The notes: generated by a model from the letters alone, not told the origin. A DNA stretch of 60,438 nt, filler included, from Platydemus manokwari (GCA_037951405.1; 4 parts of 4 records of this genome joined end to end with filler, not necessarily neighbours in it), one strand, 5' to 3'. Shown: positions 28,701-42,894, counted from the first letter of the whole stretch. Made by a program: numbers and translations.

Positions 28701-31700
28701 CCAATAATATTATTAAACATGTCTGTAATTAACTAACTAGATTTATAATTATAAAATTTTAAATTTAAAAACTCAAATAATCATATAAAAGTGTTGTAAT
28801 TAGAATGAGAACTTGGTTTTAAAACTATGTTTTGTCACTATTAGACGTCTTAAAAAATGAGATGTTAACTTAATTATACGAATAAATCAAACATAGCAGT
28901 TATATATAAAATTAAATTATAAAAATATCTCGTGCGCGAAAATTCTTTAAAATTCATTACAACGAAAATAGGTCATAGGATCCTTTTTCTTAACTTAAGC
29001 CAATTATTTCACTATTTAGGTAGATATTATTAAATTAAATATTATTAATGAAAATAAGTTGGAAATAATTATTTATACTGCTCTATCATATTATATTCAC
29101 AAGTGAGATCATCTGGAGTTTCGGGAGAAGATGGCTTAAACCATTATGATTATTGCTTGATACCATAGTTCAGAAATTTTCTTATAAATTATTGTTAGAT
29201 ATCCTATCTGATTGTAATTAGCTATTCTAGAATTATTTAGCTTTTCATTATTATCATTACTAGTTGGCATCCAATTCCCATTAAAGTGTAACAATAATCG
29301 TTCCAGTGATTTTGTAATTATGCTAGTGTTTCGACGAATAAGTTGGTGATGAATAACTAGTATTGTCAAGCATATCACAAGTAAATATAGGAGGAATATT
29401 CTATACTAATTATAGACAAATTATCACCAATTTCTCCAGTCTAAATTCAAAGTTTAGAAATGATTTTCTATGAAAAGAATTTTAATTCATTGTGTATTTA
29501 AGAGTGATTTGTGTTTTAAAAATTTTAAACCATCTCGACAATATTAGATTAGATCAAAACTGGAATATTTAACAATGAACTTAAGTAATTTTTAATTCAT
29601 GCAATTCTGGCTGTTCATGGGGGTTATTTATCCTTATAAAAACTAAGGTGATAAAATTACCGAAAATAATAATGTCAAATCATATTTAGTTACCGTTAAT
29701 ATATTTATTATTATTAATATTCTATTGACACACACATATGTGTGTGTGTTGGGTTGTGAATGTTGTTGCTTATTGTTGTTAGGTTCAACTCAACAGCGTG
29801 AGTTCTCCAATATGATTTTAAAAATATTACTCAAATCAAACAACAAACAATTGGATTGTTCTTTTATTTATGATAGCACAAATCGATTGACAAAAATTAA
29901 CTCAAAACAAACCTTTAAATCAAACCAAAGATTTTATTAAACAAATAGGCCAAGTGATCTCACCGGGAACGTGAGAACTTATGGTTTTGCCTCAGAATTT
30001 ATTATAGATTTTTGTGATATTCATTCCGAAAATGAGACGGTTCAGAATTCGAAAAAATTTAGATTAATATTTATTATTATAACTATTAGAAAGTATTATA
30101 GTATTGTTGATTTACGCTTGCTGTGATACTTTTCCTTGTTATACTATAATCTAAGATTTTTCAAACCAAAATTTTCAAGAGTGAATTGTGATGGAAATCC
30201 ATCAGCTTAAATAGATGATGAGATTTGGTACTTTGTACCTAGGATTTTCCATCACTCTTGTGAATTTTGAACATTTTGTATTACTTTTTCCCTTAATTAT
30301 TTATTATTTTAAAAGTGAATTTCTTAAAATTTTATTAATCTGGTCGGCATTATAAATTTTACTGTAAAATTGTCAACCTTTAAAATTATTAATTTAATTT
30401 CTATTTGATTCTTTATCAATTTACGATTATAATTAATTGATTTATAAATAATAAAATATATTTATTGACATAATTTATTTACAAATTTATGTTCAGAGTT
30501 TTTACAAATAAAAATCAAAAAATTGTCATAAAGTAAAAATCATAAAATTGTCACAATAAAATCGATTTATAAAAAGCTGTCATTAATAAAATCCAATGTC
30601 CGAATTACGGATCACAAATAAATCGTTAAAGCTGAATGAGTAAATATTCCTGGCGGCGAAGTCAGTTGAGAAGATTTTTGATTGTTGAATGAAGGGATAT
30701 TCCCAGCCGAGCAGTACCCGTGGAATTCTTGTTGACTATCAGACGTTCAAATCCACACTCCAGTGTTCCACATTTTGGGTTTGGTTTAACTGGTGCAATC
30801 AGTTTTTTCAGTTTTATGAGCGGCGCAGTCGGCTTTCTAGATTCATTTGATTTGCGTGTTTGGGATGATGTTGCTTGATGCTGTTCTTGTTTTTCCCTGG
30901 CTATTCTGCTCATCCATTCACGATATGAATTGATGGTAATGGCAGCTTTATATATAAGGACGTATGTATGATTATCAGATGTACTCTTATTGTATATACA
31001 TATGTAGTTGGACGTCTTATTAGGATATGTTAATGGAATCATGGTAGTCCATAGATAAATCGGTTTTGTATATCTTATATGATCATAATCTATATAGACT
31101 TCAAATTGAAGATGTATTCAAGCCCAATTTGATAATATTGTCAGTGTATTTTAGTTTCATATCAAAGTATCACTTACAGTCGGTATCTCTTTTTTAAATA
31201 AATTTTATTACTGAAAATAATTTGAATGAAATATTTTTCCACATCTACGTAGTCATTTATCTTTTATCAGTTCAGTATGTTATTGTTGGTGGGAGCGTTT
31301 ATACTAAAAGGAAATCGAAACTCAATAACAATAGCTAAACAGTACTAAACTGAAAATAATAATGACTGTGGTATCGAATCCAAAATTAAGCGAAGTATGG
31401 ATTGTTGTTCCTATTAAGTATTGATGAGTAGAATTGGCTTCAAATATGATAAATCTGTTGAAATTCTGATCGATTCGAGAGCAATACTCTCAGAACTATC
31501 AATATTTTTAATGTCTACCTAAGTGACAGAAACGCGTTGTCGTGAGGAAACTGGAGTTCAACACTAGCATTTGTGGACAATTTATACTTAGAAATAATCA
31601 TGGTCGTGGAGTTGGTAAGAGAATATTTAGACTCCTATTCAGTAACCTGTCCATGAGATGAAATTTATATGCAAACTTTATTCTTGTGATTCAGACCTTT

Positions 31701-32782
31701 TCAAAAATAGTGATAAAATTATTTCCTATATCAGGAACAATCTTATTTGCTCTAATGACGAAAATCGAATGATTCGCCATTAATTTAATTTCTAATAATA
31801 TTAATTATATTTCCATTAAGCTATACATAAGCTGAATCGAAATTTATAAATTATTTTGATACTCAAAAAATATATTGCGTGATATCAGGAAAATCAATTG
31901 AAAATTTTTAATAAAACAATTTTAAATAAAATCAATTTCCGTTTTTATTGAGATAAGATTATGGATAAATTTCAGAGATATCATTTTTTTTCGAAAGAAA
32001 TAATATTTTATATTGATGATATATTTCTACTTTCTGGAGATTTCGCGCACGGAAAAATTGTCAATAATTTTTGACATTTGAAATAATTTTCTCTTACGCG
32101 CTACCAGGTTTGTATAGATTTGTCATGAAAAATATCAATGATCATTCGATATTAAAAATTTGCAACCAATCATCCGCTTCACCATGGTGATTTTCATTTC
32201 GATTTAACATTTCAATGCCATCTACAATGGATTATATGAACTGATTCGATAGTTCGACATCAATCACGATATTTCATTGTGAGAATTAAAATTTAAAATT
32301 AATTAAAAATTAAAAAGATTTGTATTCAGAATTTATTTTAGAATATTAATTTTGTTAAATCATTTTTTGTGTTGTGATTTTTCAATTCGTTTTCAAAGCA
32401 TGTTTTATGAAATTGTACCGACGAGCAGTGCGTCGATAATTTGTCCTGGAATCAATAATATAAAATGATATATTTGAAAAAAATATTTTTTTATTAAAAT
32501 TCTTAAAATTAAAATTACGAAAAATATAAAAAAAAATGTAAATTATTATTCGTCATAATTTTATTAAAAGTTATAACTATATAAACTGATAGTAATTATT
32601 ATTTTATCTTTAATATACATTAATAATTGTAAATTCATGTCCTCTTTTTTGAATTTTTTAAAAATTTTAAAATTTCGAACAATTTATTTTTATTTTCAGT
32701 TTAAAAAGCGAAGATTATTTTTTAATAATTTTATTTTCCTAAATTATTCTATAAAAATTTAATTTTTATAAAATAATTTTAG

Positions 32783-34324
32783 ATGAATAGAAATATGAAC
32801 TTATCCTATGAAAGAAACTCAACTCATTTCATTGGTGTTAAATATCATTTAAGTGTCATCATATTTTTTGGATCAACATTTACCAGTATTGGAACTATAT
32901 TGGGAAATGGTCTAATTATCACAGCTTTTATAATGGAGAAGAAAATTCGAATTCCTAGCAATTATTTTATCGCATCTTTAGCCGTTACTGATATTTTAAT
33001 CGGCATATTTTCCATGAATTTATTTGCTGTCTATGTGGTATTAGGTTATTGGCCCTTGGGAAGTTTATTGTGTAATATTTGGTTGTCCTTTGATTATACG
33101 GTTTGTTTAACATCCCAATATACAGTTCTTCTCATCACCGTGGACAGGTTTTGTTCTGTCAAGATTCCCGCTAAATATCGAGTGTGGCGAACAGAAAGGA
33201 AAGTGTATTTACTGATTGTTCTGGCTTGGATAATACCAGCTGGTTTATTTTTTACTGTCATAATTACGTGGAACGAAAATATACATCCACCTCCAAAAAG
33301 TGAACAACAATGTTTTGCAGAATTTACCCTTAATTCGATATTTAATACCATTCTAACGATTATCTATTTCTGGATTACTTTAATTATAATGTGCGTACTA
33401 TATATTGGTATCTATAGAGTTGCTCGTCGGCTTCACAAGAATTCTGACATAAAACGCAAAAGATTAACATCTTTGATGGCAACAGCAGGACAAACGATGT
33501 CGAAAATTGGCGTTGGATTGAGTTTGGCGAATTTAGAGATAAATGGACCTTTCAAGAAATTTATGAATGATGATGCCTTTGATCCAACGGAGCCAGATAA
33601 GAATTATTACAACGAAAAGGGTCTTTATCCTGATGCGTCAAGAAATAACTTTTCGATTAGTTCGAAAATTTCTCCATCTGACGATACGAATAGCTTGATG
33701 ATCAATCCTAACTTTCCAAAATCTCAAAGTGAAACCATATTCACCGAATCCCAACGTATGTCTCCAAATTATAATAATGGGAAAAATGCGAAACCATTTG
33801 ATGATATCCGTTTCATTGACGACGAATCCAGTGATGGAAGCAGATATTATTGTGGCAATCATACTTTGAGCCGTTATCGAAATCGATATAATTTACCAAT
33901 TATCAATCTACCTCAGTCCACAGCACACGCAAAATACCACTTGGATAAAGACGTTAAATATAAATCGTGGGACAATTCTCTTTCAAAGTCTGCTTTAAAA
34001 GCTCTAAGATTTCTGAAAAACGTCCACAATATTTCAAAGAAAATCGATATTCATAATCGCACTAAAGCTAAGAAATCATTTAAGACGATTAGTTTTATTT
34101 TAGGGGCTTTTATATTTTGTTGGACACCATATCATGTATTGATCTTAGTTAAGGGATTTTGTGATCAACCGTCAGGTAGCTGTGTAAATAGTGTTCTCTA
34201 TCATGCCAGCTATTGGCTCTGTTACATGAATTCACCAATCAATCCATTTTGCTATGCTCTATCCAATTCTCAATTCAAAACCACTCTCATCAAGTTGATA
34301 AAAGGTGACTTCTCGCGATCCTGA
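32783..34324 (+). CDS. mAChR-B: Muscarinic acetylcholine receptor, B-type / GAR-like (class A GPCR), intronless CDS, 513 aa
   Basis: 7TM pattern: GN in TM1, SLAVTD, WLSFDYTVCLTSQYTVLLITVDRFCSVKIPAKYR with TM3 Asp, long IL3, CWTPYHV, YWLCYMNSPINPFCYA. N-terminal sequons NLS and NST. Confidence 0.92.
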   Translation: MNRNMNLSYERNSTHFIGVKYHLSVIIFFGSTFTSIGTILGNGLIITAFIMEKKIRIPSNYFIASLAVTDILIGIFSMNLFAVYVVLGYWPLGSLLCNIWLSFDYTVCLTSQYTVLLITVDRFCSVKIPAKYRVWRTERKVYLLIVLAWIIPAGLFFTVIITWNENIHPPPKSEQQCFAEFTLNSIFNTILTIIYFWITLIIMCVLYIGIYRVARRLHKNSDIKRKRLTSLMATAGQTMSKIGVGLSLANLEINGPFKKFMNDDAFDPTEPDKNYYNEKGLYPDASRNNFSISSKISPSDDTNSLMINPNFPKSQSETIFTESQRMSPNYNNGKNAKPFDDIRFIDDESSDGSRYYCGNHTLSRYRNRYNLPIINLPQSTAHAKYHLDKDVKYKSWDNSLSKSALKALRFLKNVHNISKKIDIHNRTKAKKSFKTISFILGAFIFCWTPYHVLILVKGFCDQPSGSCVNSVLYHASYWLCYMNSPINPFCYALSNSQFKTTLIKLIKGDFSRS

Positions 34325-35664
34325 TCACAATTTATCACAACCATATTCAAGTGAATTCGATAACAACTTTCAGATGATGAATTATTTGATGTAGAGCAGG
34401 ATTTACATTTTTGTTTGAAAATATTTTTAAAAAAATGTAGGATATTAAATAATAATATGAATTATCATTAATATTTATGGCAGATACAATTACAATAGTA
34501 AATAAGTGTTATAAAATTGTGATGACTGTTAGACAGACTTGACAAAAGCTTATTGGTGGACTATTGGAAACCTTTTGACAGAATTTTTTGATTTTCGACA
34601 TAATTTGGAAATATTTTAAATCGCTTTTCTACATCTGTGTAGTTCGAAAAAATAAATCATGATCCAACAATGAGTCTATGTTGAAATCCAAATATTAATA
34701 AAACAAATTACCATGTCCATTGTTAAAGACTTACAAATTACGTAATCGGTTTATATTTTTATTTTGGTTCAATCAAATTTTTACACTAAAAATGATAAAA
34801 TTATGTTGAAAAGTTGTTAATAGATTGATTACTCAAGTCCCCACTCACATTTCGTGGAGAAGTACTAATACACTCAATTACTTATACGATTCAGCGGTCA
34901 TCTTAGAAATGTTTTTAATCAAAACTTATCATGTGATTAAAATAGATTATTGAAATTATTTTAAACTGAGATTGTTAATAAATTCTTTTAATTATAGTTT
35001 AATTTGCTTTTAAAATTTTATCGTCTCCACTATTTAAGAAACACTTGTATATTATTAAAACAAACACAAAAAAATTAAAATTATGCGTTTTCGATACACT
35101 TGTAAATTCTTAAAACATTATAATTATAATTCTCTAATATACTGATAATTTAGAAATCATAAATATCAATCAAAAATTTATTTATTGAAAGTAGATATGT
35201 ATTTTTAACAAAGACAAAATCACAGCAGGTTTTCCGCAAAAACCAATTCTACTTTCTAATAAGGTATCCTTAAAAATATATATTAGATAAACATAATAAT
35301 TAATATGATTCTCTATAGATAAAATATAAATTAATAGATGAGCAAAATTTAAACTTTTTTAAGAGAAATACAATTTTAAAAATAAACTCCTATTATTTAT
35401 TATCAATTTCAAATTTTGACATTAATCAAACAACCAAAATTTCTTTTATTGACTTAACATTCTAAAATGACGCAAACTTTTTGATATAAGCGGAAACAAA
35501 AATTTTCAAAATATTTATATCAATTAATTTGTCATAGAAAAAATTAGAATTAAAATTTATAAAGTACTTAATTACTAAAATACTTAATTTAAAAGTAATT
35601 ATTTACTTATTAATATCAGTAATACAAATATAAATTTCATTGATTCTACCAACCTGAATTGGTT

Positions 35665-37222
35665 TTATTTTTTTTGAGGCTGAATGAATTCAATTCTCAT
35701 AGCCAGATTTACTGCAAGCAAATGTTTGTGAAGATTGATGCTAGAAATAAATAAATATATTGAAAATTTAATATACAAATATAAGATGTTCTATTTAGAA
35801 GTTATTCATATGTATGAAAGTTTATTTTTCGAACGGAAATATGGATGTTATCTCAATATTGTTATCAGCATGTTATCCAATTAATTCACCATTCACCTAC
35901 TATATCCTTTTCATTTTACAGTCAACTTACGTTCTACATTTTTACTTTTTTACGTAAATACTTATTTTTCAAAAACTTTAGAATATTATTTTCATACCTT
36001 TGAACATTGTGATTTATTTTCTATTCAGTCAATTGTATATTATTTAATATATCCCGTATATACCCATTTATGATTATTTAATGACTTAAATAGACATACA
36101 TTTACTTGTTTATTATCTAAAGAATGAATTAAGACAATTTTCAATTAAACATTAACAGATAAAATTTTGATAATCAAATTGGATAAATTTTTAAAATAGA
36201 TTAAAGGCTTATTCTTTTAAAAAGTTTAAACTTTTTAATTTTCAAAAAGAAATTTATGAACTGAAACCAATTAAAAATATTGTCATAACAAAAAGATTAA
36301 ATTTAAATTTAACAATTTAATTAACTCTTATCAAAGCGCATTTTAAAATTTCAAGTCCAAATATTAATCATATGATAAAAAAATTTAAAAATCCATCTTA
36401 ATAAATTGAAATAAATCGAAAATATCAGATTAGAATTATTATCATATATGTAATAATTTCTAAATTAGATACCAGCAATAATCAACTGGCGCTGGTTATT
36501 TAAATAATAAATTTCCAACAAATCATTGAACCTTGAAATGAATTAATTTCTTTTTTTCATTAAATATGTATTTTTATAATATTAATTATTAATAGTCTCT
36601 CAAATTTATTTAATTTTTAATCCGTTATTTCATACCAACTGTCGATCATTTCTCTGGCTTTCGAAGTATTATTTTCACTACCAGTTATTGTTATTCGACG
36701 ATTTTTCCTTTCATCGTTGTTTGTTTCGATTTTAATTGTTGCCTTTGATATGATTCTGATCTCATTGATTTTACTTCCTCCTCGACCAATGATACATCCA
36801 ATCAAATCATTCGGTATCATCAGCACAATGCTTTGAGTGGGCCCTGAAAATTTATTTGATGTTGTTGGGCCACTGGAATTTCTTTTAACATTAAGATTGG
36901 ACTTTTGTCGAAGAGAACAATGATTTAAAAGATCTATTTCACCCGAACATGACATATTTTGATGAAATTTATCGAGCATCTTTTTATTTTTTGATGATTG
37001 GAGATTGTTCCTTAAATCACAAACATTAATTGCCTCGGGATCCAAAACATCATCAACAGTGTGACTCTCTTGAATAGATAGCAATGATTTCTGATAAGTC
37101 GATAAATGAGCTACTGAATATAAATGATGATAACATCAATTCACAAAATATTTACTCATAAACAAACCTGCTTCATTACTTGTCAATGAATGTTGTTTTA
37201 GTAAATTTAAATAATCCATCAT
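35665..37222 (-). CDS. PCBP: Poly(rC)-binding protein (PCBP/Mub)-like gene with a single KH domain; exons 37222-37168, 37113-36636, 35740-35665
   Basis: IPNDLIGCIIGRGGSKINEIRIISKATIKI...RRITITGS is a PCBP KH3 signature with the GxxG loop. GT-AG introns (54 bp and ~0.9 kb) keep frame: MMDYLNLLKQHSLTSNEA-V-AHLSTYQKS... and ...MIDS-C-INLHKHLLAVNLAMRIEFIQPQKK*. Confidence 0.8.
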
Positions 37223-37367
37223 TTGGGAAAAAATTCGAAACGAAACACTAAAATTCACAACAAACAACGTACGACTTTGAATTTTAAAAAATTGGATGAT
37301 AAATATTATGAATGGATTTGTAATAATTTTCAGATTATTCTTCTCTCATCCAATTATAGAAATTAGT

Positions 37368-37383
37368 TGCAACGTGATTGGTC
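37368..37383 (-). promoter_or_regulatory. Candidate CCAAT box plus E-box-like site upstream of the PCBP-like gene
   Basis: Minus strand GACCAATCACGTTGC about 150 nt upstream of the predicted ATG. Confidence 0.3.
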
Positions 37384-40192
37384 AAAATTATATGAAAATC
37401 ATTTGAGTTTGAATTTAATTATGTCAAGTTTATATACGAATATTAAATGAGTAATGTTCATAATTTGTGAAAATATTCTAATGGATTCCATTCATTACTC
37501 ATAGATAATGTTTTCAGTTATCATTTACATGATATTAGGATATGTCGCGCGGGATGAATGACAATCATCACATATATGTTTATTAGTAACACTGAACAAG
37601 TATTGATAAGAAATGGATTCATTAAAATGACTTAAAAATTAATGAAAAAACTCAATAAAATTCATTATTAACTTTATAGGAACAAGAAGACATCCTAATC
37701 TCTGTTTCATGTAGAAATGGATTTTGTCAACAATTGATATAGAATTGTCAACTCACATAAGATGTTTTCAGTAAATTGCAATCAAATATTTTACAAAATT
37801 ACAGCAAATCTTATCAATCAGTCCATCAACTCAATTATTTGGTTTGTCAATGTATTGCTGAACATTTAAAAATTCGAAATTCTATAAAATGAGGTTGATT
37901 AGAAACAAAATGAATTCCGAGAAGTCTACAATAAATGGCGAATGAATTTGCGATTAACGCGATATTAATGAAAATGGTATTGATCGAATACAGTTTGTAA
38001 AATTCTGTTTTTGATTATTTCTAGCTATCATTTTGTGTTGGGGGGAGATTGAACCCCAATAACTATTATTATTTATAAAACAGGTTTTTCACTGTTTTTA
38101 TAGAAATTACAATCCTCTGGTCCACAGGCACCAGCTGCGATTTCTTCTAAATTATATAATAACATTTTTTCTATCTTTTGGTAGTAATTTCGATTCCCCT
38201 TTGAAAATCTAATCATTTTCTTAATCTAGTTTGTGTGATTATCATAAAACAATCCTTTCTGTGTTACCTTTTATCATTTCAAAAGTAATAAAAGTGGTAT
38301 AGGATTTGAATATTTACAATAGCTTGATAACGATTAATACGTTAATTATGAATTTAAACTAATGTTTAATTAATTACAAAACATGTGACTTAGATATTTT
38401 AAATATATTTTTCTTAGATTGTAACACTGTTTTGGTCACTCATCTTAAGTTGATTAAACTGATGTATCTTGGATATCCGAAAAGCAATTATAAGTATTTA
38501 AGGAGTTCAAACCTCCCAAGGTGTGATGAAATTACTTTAAAGCACTCTAATCAATTAGTCCTAAATATACCTCCAGTGCATAGTAACCTAAATAATCTTT
38601 GTTTCGACAGTCCAATAACATTCAGGTTTTTGTGTGATTTATAAAATTGTGAAACCGGCTGTCTTCATTTAATAATTAATGATGGGATTCAATTATATGA
38701 AGGTATTTCAAATCCTTTAACAGAAAATTGATTATGTCTTGTAAATAAATGTTATTGAGATAGAGTACAATAGTGAGACAATAAAGTGCATTGGTGAGGA
38801 TTGTGGAAAGATAAACGTTGAAAGATGTGAAATTGACTCGATATCCCCAGATATATGACGTGGATAAATTTTAGATGAATATTTTGGATAAAATAGCTGG
38901 AGATTTTCAATATATTTCCGTTATCTGAAAACGGAAAATTTATGCACTTCTATAATAGTTTAAGGACTTCAAACCAAAAATTTATGGTAGCTACATTTTG
39001 AACTACAGTAACAAGTCTCCTACAAGAGTTTTTATGATGTTCTTTCTTTAATAAATAGTTAAAGTTGTATCTTCAAACTAAACTGCCACCGGACCAAAGT
39101 TATTCTTAACTGATTTCTACTCAATGTCAATTTATCCCTTGTGATAGTTTTTAGTGAATTAATTCAAACGTTATATAAAATTATATAAATTTATTAAAAT
39201 GCTTTTTTATAAAAGAGTAACTTGCACGGCGACATGGGTTCGATTCCGAGAAAATCGATGACTGAAAATTATGGAAGTGAAGGAGGATGATATTGAGAAT
39301 AAGATGCAGAGAAAATATAAAGAAGATGAAAGAAGTTGAATAGAAGATATAAAGGAGTTGCTAAAAAGCATATAAAAAGATAAAAGAATTAGAGATTTTT
39401 TATGTAGATAGATATGTAGAGCGTTCAATACAAAATCAATGACGAATACGAATAAAATCAAATATTTTAAAAAAATGGAGATGTGAGAAACTTTAAATTT
39501 TAATTAAATTTAATTTTAAATGAATTAAATATAGAATTATAATAATTTGTTTATATAATAGTATTTAAATAAATAATTTGATATCATGACTTTTCAGTTC
39601 GTTTTTAATTCGTGCTTTATGAAATCAATACGGCTTACAACCCGTATAATCATATTTTTACATTGCATTTTATAAAGCTTAACTCTCAATTTCTGTAGGA
39701 CATTCTTGCTGGATTTTTTGATACCCAATTAACCAAATATAACCAAATATAATAACTGATATAATATTAACCAAAAAATAATAACCAAATATAATAACCA
39801 CATATTTGTGTCAAAAATCTCGGATAAAGAAGTAATTAATACATTAAAAGAGAAAATAAAGTGGTTAAAAGTCAATAGCAAAAATCTGTCATTTATTCCT
39901 GTTATCAAAACAGTAACTAATTTTCTTATTGAAAACAAAAAGAAATCTTTTCGCATTAAAAGTTTAATTTTCTACGAAAAACATTTTCATTTTAAGATTA
40001 TCAAAATTTTAATTTGAAAAAAAGCATTAATTATTTTTTCCCATTAATTACAAAAATAGTTTTCACATTGAAAATTAATTTTTGGTAAATGAGATTACTG
40101 ATTATTTAAAAGTAATACAGTTTCACCAATTTTTGAAATAAGTTTAATGGAAACTCGATTAAATTTTTTTTATAAATATAAAAGTTAATTTG

Positions 40193-40292
40193 NNNNNNNN
40201 NNNNNNNNNNNNNNNNNNNNNNNNNNNNNNNNNNNNTTAATTAATTAANNNNNNNNNNNNNNNNNNNNNNNNNNNNNNNNNNNNNNNNNNNN
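40193..40292. other. Artificial contig spacer N44-TTAATTAATTAA-N44
   Basis: Same 100-nt linker as at 13851. Confidence 0.97.
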
Positions 40293-40634
40293 TCTCTTAT
40301 TCAATGGATTAATTAAACTAGATGAATGATTTGAAACCATTCGAGAAATAAATTTAATTAATTTTCTATCATAATCAAAATAATTAAGTAAGTCATTTCA
40401 AAAATAATTTTCATAATTTCTCATCGCTTTAATATTTCGAATAATTATTAAAATCAAAGATTATTTTTTTCAAAGATTATTTTATCTCAAATAAAAATTC
40501 AAATCTTTGGTCTTCGACTTATAAATCTCAATGAATAATAATAATTATGATTATGATTATTATTATAAAAATAATAATGTTAATAATAATGACACTTCAA
40601 ATATGAATTATCAGAATCCATAATAACCAATTAC

Positions 40635-41652
40635 CCATTAACAGTTTGAAATCTGATATGTCAAAATTCACCCAGCACGATGAGTCCTGGCCACTTGAAT
40701 TCGATTCTGCTAAACCATCGGCTTCCATTGATATTCCATTAATGGAATCATTTAATGGGTCTTCACCAATTTCTAAATCATTCAAAAGAGCTTCACTTAT
40801 CCAATCGCTGGTATCACTATCCGCCGACATTTTCTCAGTATCTGAAGCATTCAAAGAATTTTGAGATCCTCTTCGGCTAATTTTACCCGAAGAAAAGAGA
40901 TTTTTGACACTTTTATAAGTTAAAAGATTATTGGTAGAAGATGGAATATGTTTATGATTATGCACTGGTTTATCCATTGTCATAAGAGAGGTATAAGAAC
41001 GTCGAGTTGGTTGCAATATCGGAGAACCATCCAATAAGACATTGGTAGGACTGACTTGGCGAGAATGGACGCAATTATTCTGAATACTTGGGCGGTCAGC
41101 AGTAAAGTTGGGGTCATGAAAATTAATTGGTTCTAATTCAAATATTGGTTTCGAATCTTTGGTTGGTTGAATTTCGCTTTCATGTGATGAATCTTCTTCG
41201 AAATTGTTGTTTAATTTTAAATGCATTGGAGTAGAACAGTTTGTGAGAGAATTTACAATAACCGGACTATGGGGCCATTCCATACGTAAAAAGATTTTCT
41301 CGATTTGCAATAATAATGCAAGAGGTTTAATTGGTTCCTGTGTATCTACTGGTTTGGTATAAAATGATTTGTCTTCCTGCATCAAATTCATCGCTGAAGA
41401 CACACTATCCAATATCCGATAAAGTAATAACAGTTGATAGTGATCGAATCGTAATTCCAGACGATGTCGAAATTTACAGATGATATTGATATCATTAGAA
41501 AGGCTAACCCAGAGTTGAAAATGAATTGATTCGATACACATTTTAGATCTGCCGTTGTACGATTTAGCGCCTTCATAATCAATCCATAATGGATCGAAAC
41601 ATATTTGCCAAAGACGTCTGTCTATATTTTTATTTAATTTTCCGAATTTGTC
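40635..41652 (-). CDS. BLTP3: BLTP3/UHRF1BP1(L)-like bridge-like lipid transfer protein, internal exon D
   Basis: tttAG acceptor at 41653-54, phase 0: DKFGKLNKNIDRRLWQICFDPLWIDYEGAKSYNGR...FQLW...LRFDHYQLLLLYRI, then a Ser/Asp-rich region. GTAATT donor at 40633-34. WIDYEG and HYQ.L.L are recognisable BLTP3 motifs. Confidence 0.8.
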
Positions 41653-42894
41653 CTAAAGATTAGTTTCGAATAAATAGTAGTAGAATAATTTAACTAACAT
41701 ACGAAATAAATATAATTAATAATATAATAGAAGTAATAAAATAATAATGATTATTATAAGCTTTATCGAAATTTTTTATAACCACATTCCAAGAGATAAT
41801 AATAATATCCCATTATTTTAAAGAATTTTCAGGAATGCATTCCATCATTTAATAAATCTTGGCCAATTTAAAAAATTATGCAGTCAAATTATTATTAACA
41901 TTGAATGTGGCTCAATTACAAATGGACCTTAAATAGATCTATTAATTATTAACGTATTCCACTAGCACAACTTGAATAAAACAAGCCAACACGAAACCGA
42001 TGGTATTTTAATGAATTAAATGATATTATAAGAAATTACCATTCAAATTTTTTATACAGACTTATTAATTTACATATTAGAAAAATAAATAGATTATAGT
42101 TATTATTATTATTAATATTAAATAATAATATTAAAAATCATTGTTTTAAAAGTTTCCTATAAACCAATACAATAAAAATTGAAATAAAAATCGCAGTACA
42201 TGTTATTACACACACGTGGTTATGTATTATCTTATTATCGACTAAAGATAATTACTAAATCGAACAATATATAATTAAATGGTAGCATGACTATATGTAA
42301 GCACTAGAACAGAATATGAGACGAGCTATTTCAAGGATGGACTGCAATCCTCTGTTGCAGGACGACTGACTGGAGAAACAATAAAACGAATAGATCACAA
42401 ATCCAATCAATCGAAAACTTATGCGATCCTTTGTTGGAATAATCAAACATCAAATTATATTTCTCATTAAAATATCATGGAAGAATAATCAAATCTTCAT
42501 TACAATACATATAAATGAAATATTAGATTAGATAAAGTGAAAAATAAATTTCCCATCCCACTTACTAGGGAAGAAAATCGTTCGCATCGAAAAAAAAAAT
42601 CAAACAAGCTTTCGGTGAATTTTTCCATTTAAATTGTCCTAAAGAAAGAAATCTTTTCAAATCTTCAAACTAATTGCATTCTTAAATTGTTGTATCAAGA
42701 ACAACTTGGCAATTGCATTGTTAAATACTTTAAACGAGTGAAAACGCCCTCCTCAACACATAACAGCTGCACAAGAATGAATAGCACTTCTTTAGAATTT
42801 CATTCAATCTACGGCAAATGTGAATATGCAAAACAAAATTATCAATAAGTGAAGTAAATTATAATGGGATAATATTAACAGATTTTTATCAACT

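Noticed and set aside
33094-33862. Antisense ORFs within the receptor gene; similar shadow ORFs over BLTP3, Gypsy and NeSL
   Set aside because: Opposite-strand or alternate-frame shadows of real coding sequence, with no independent motifs.
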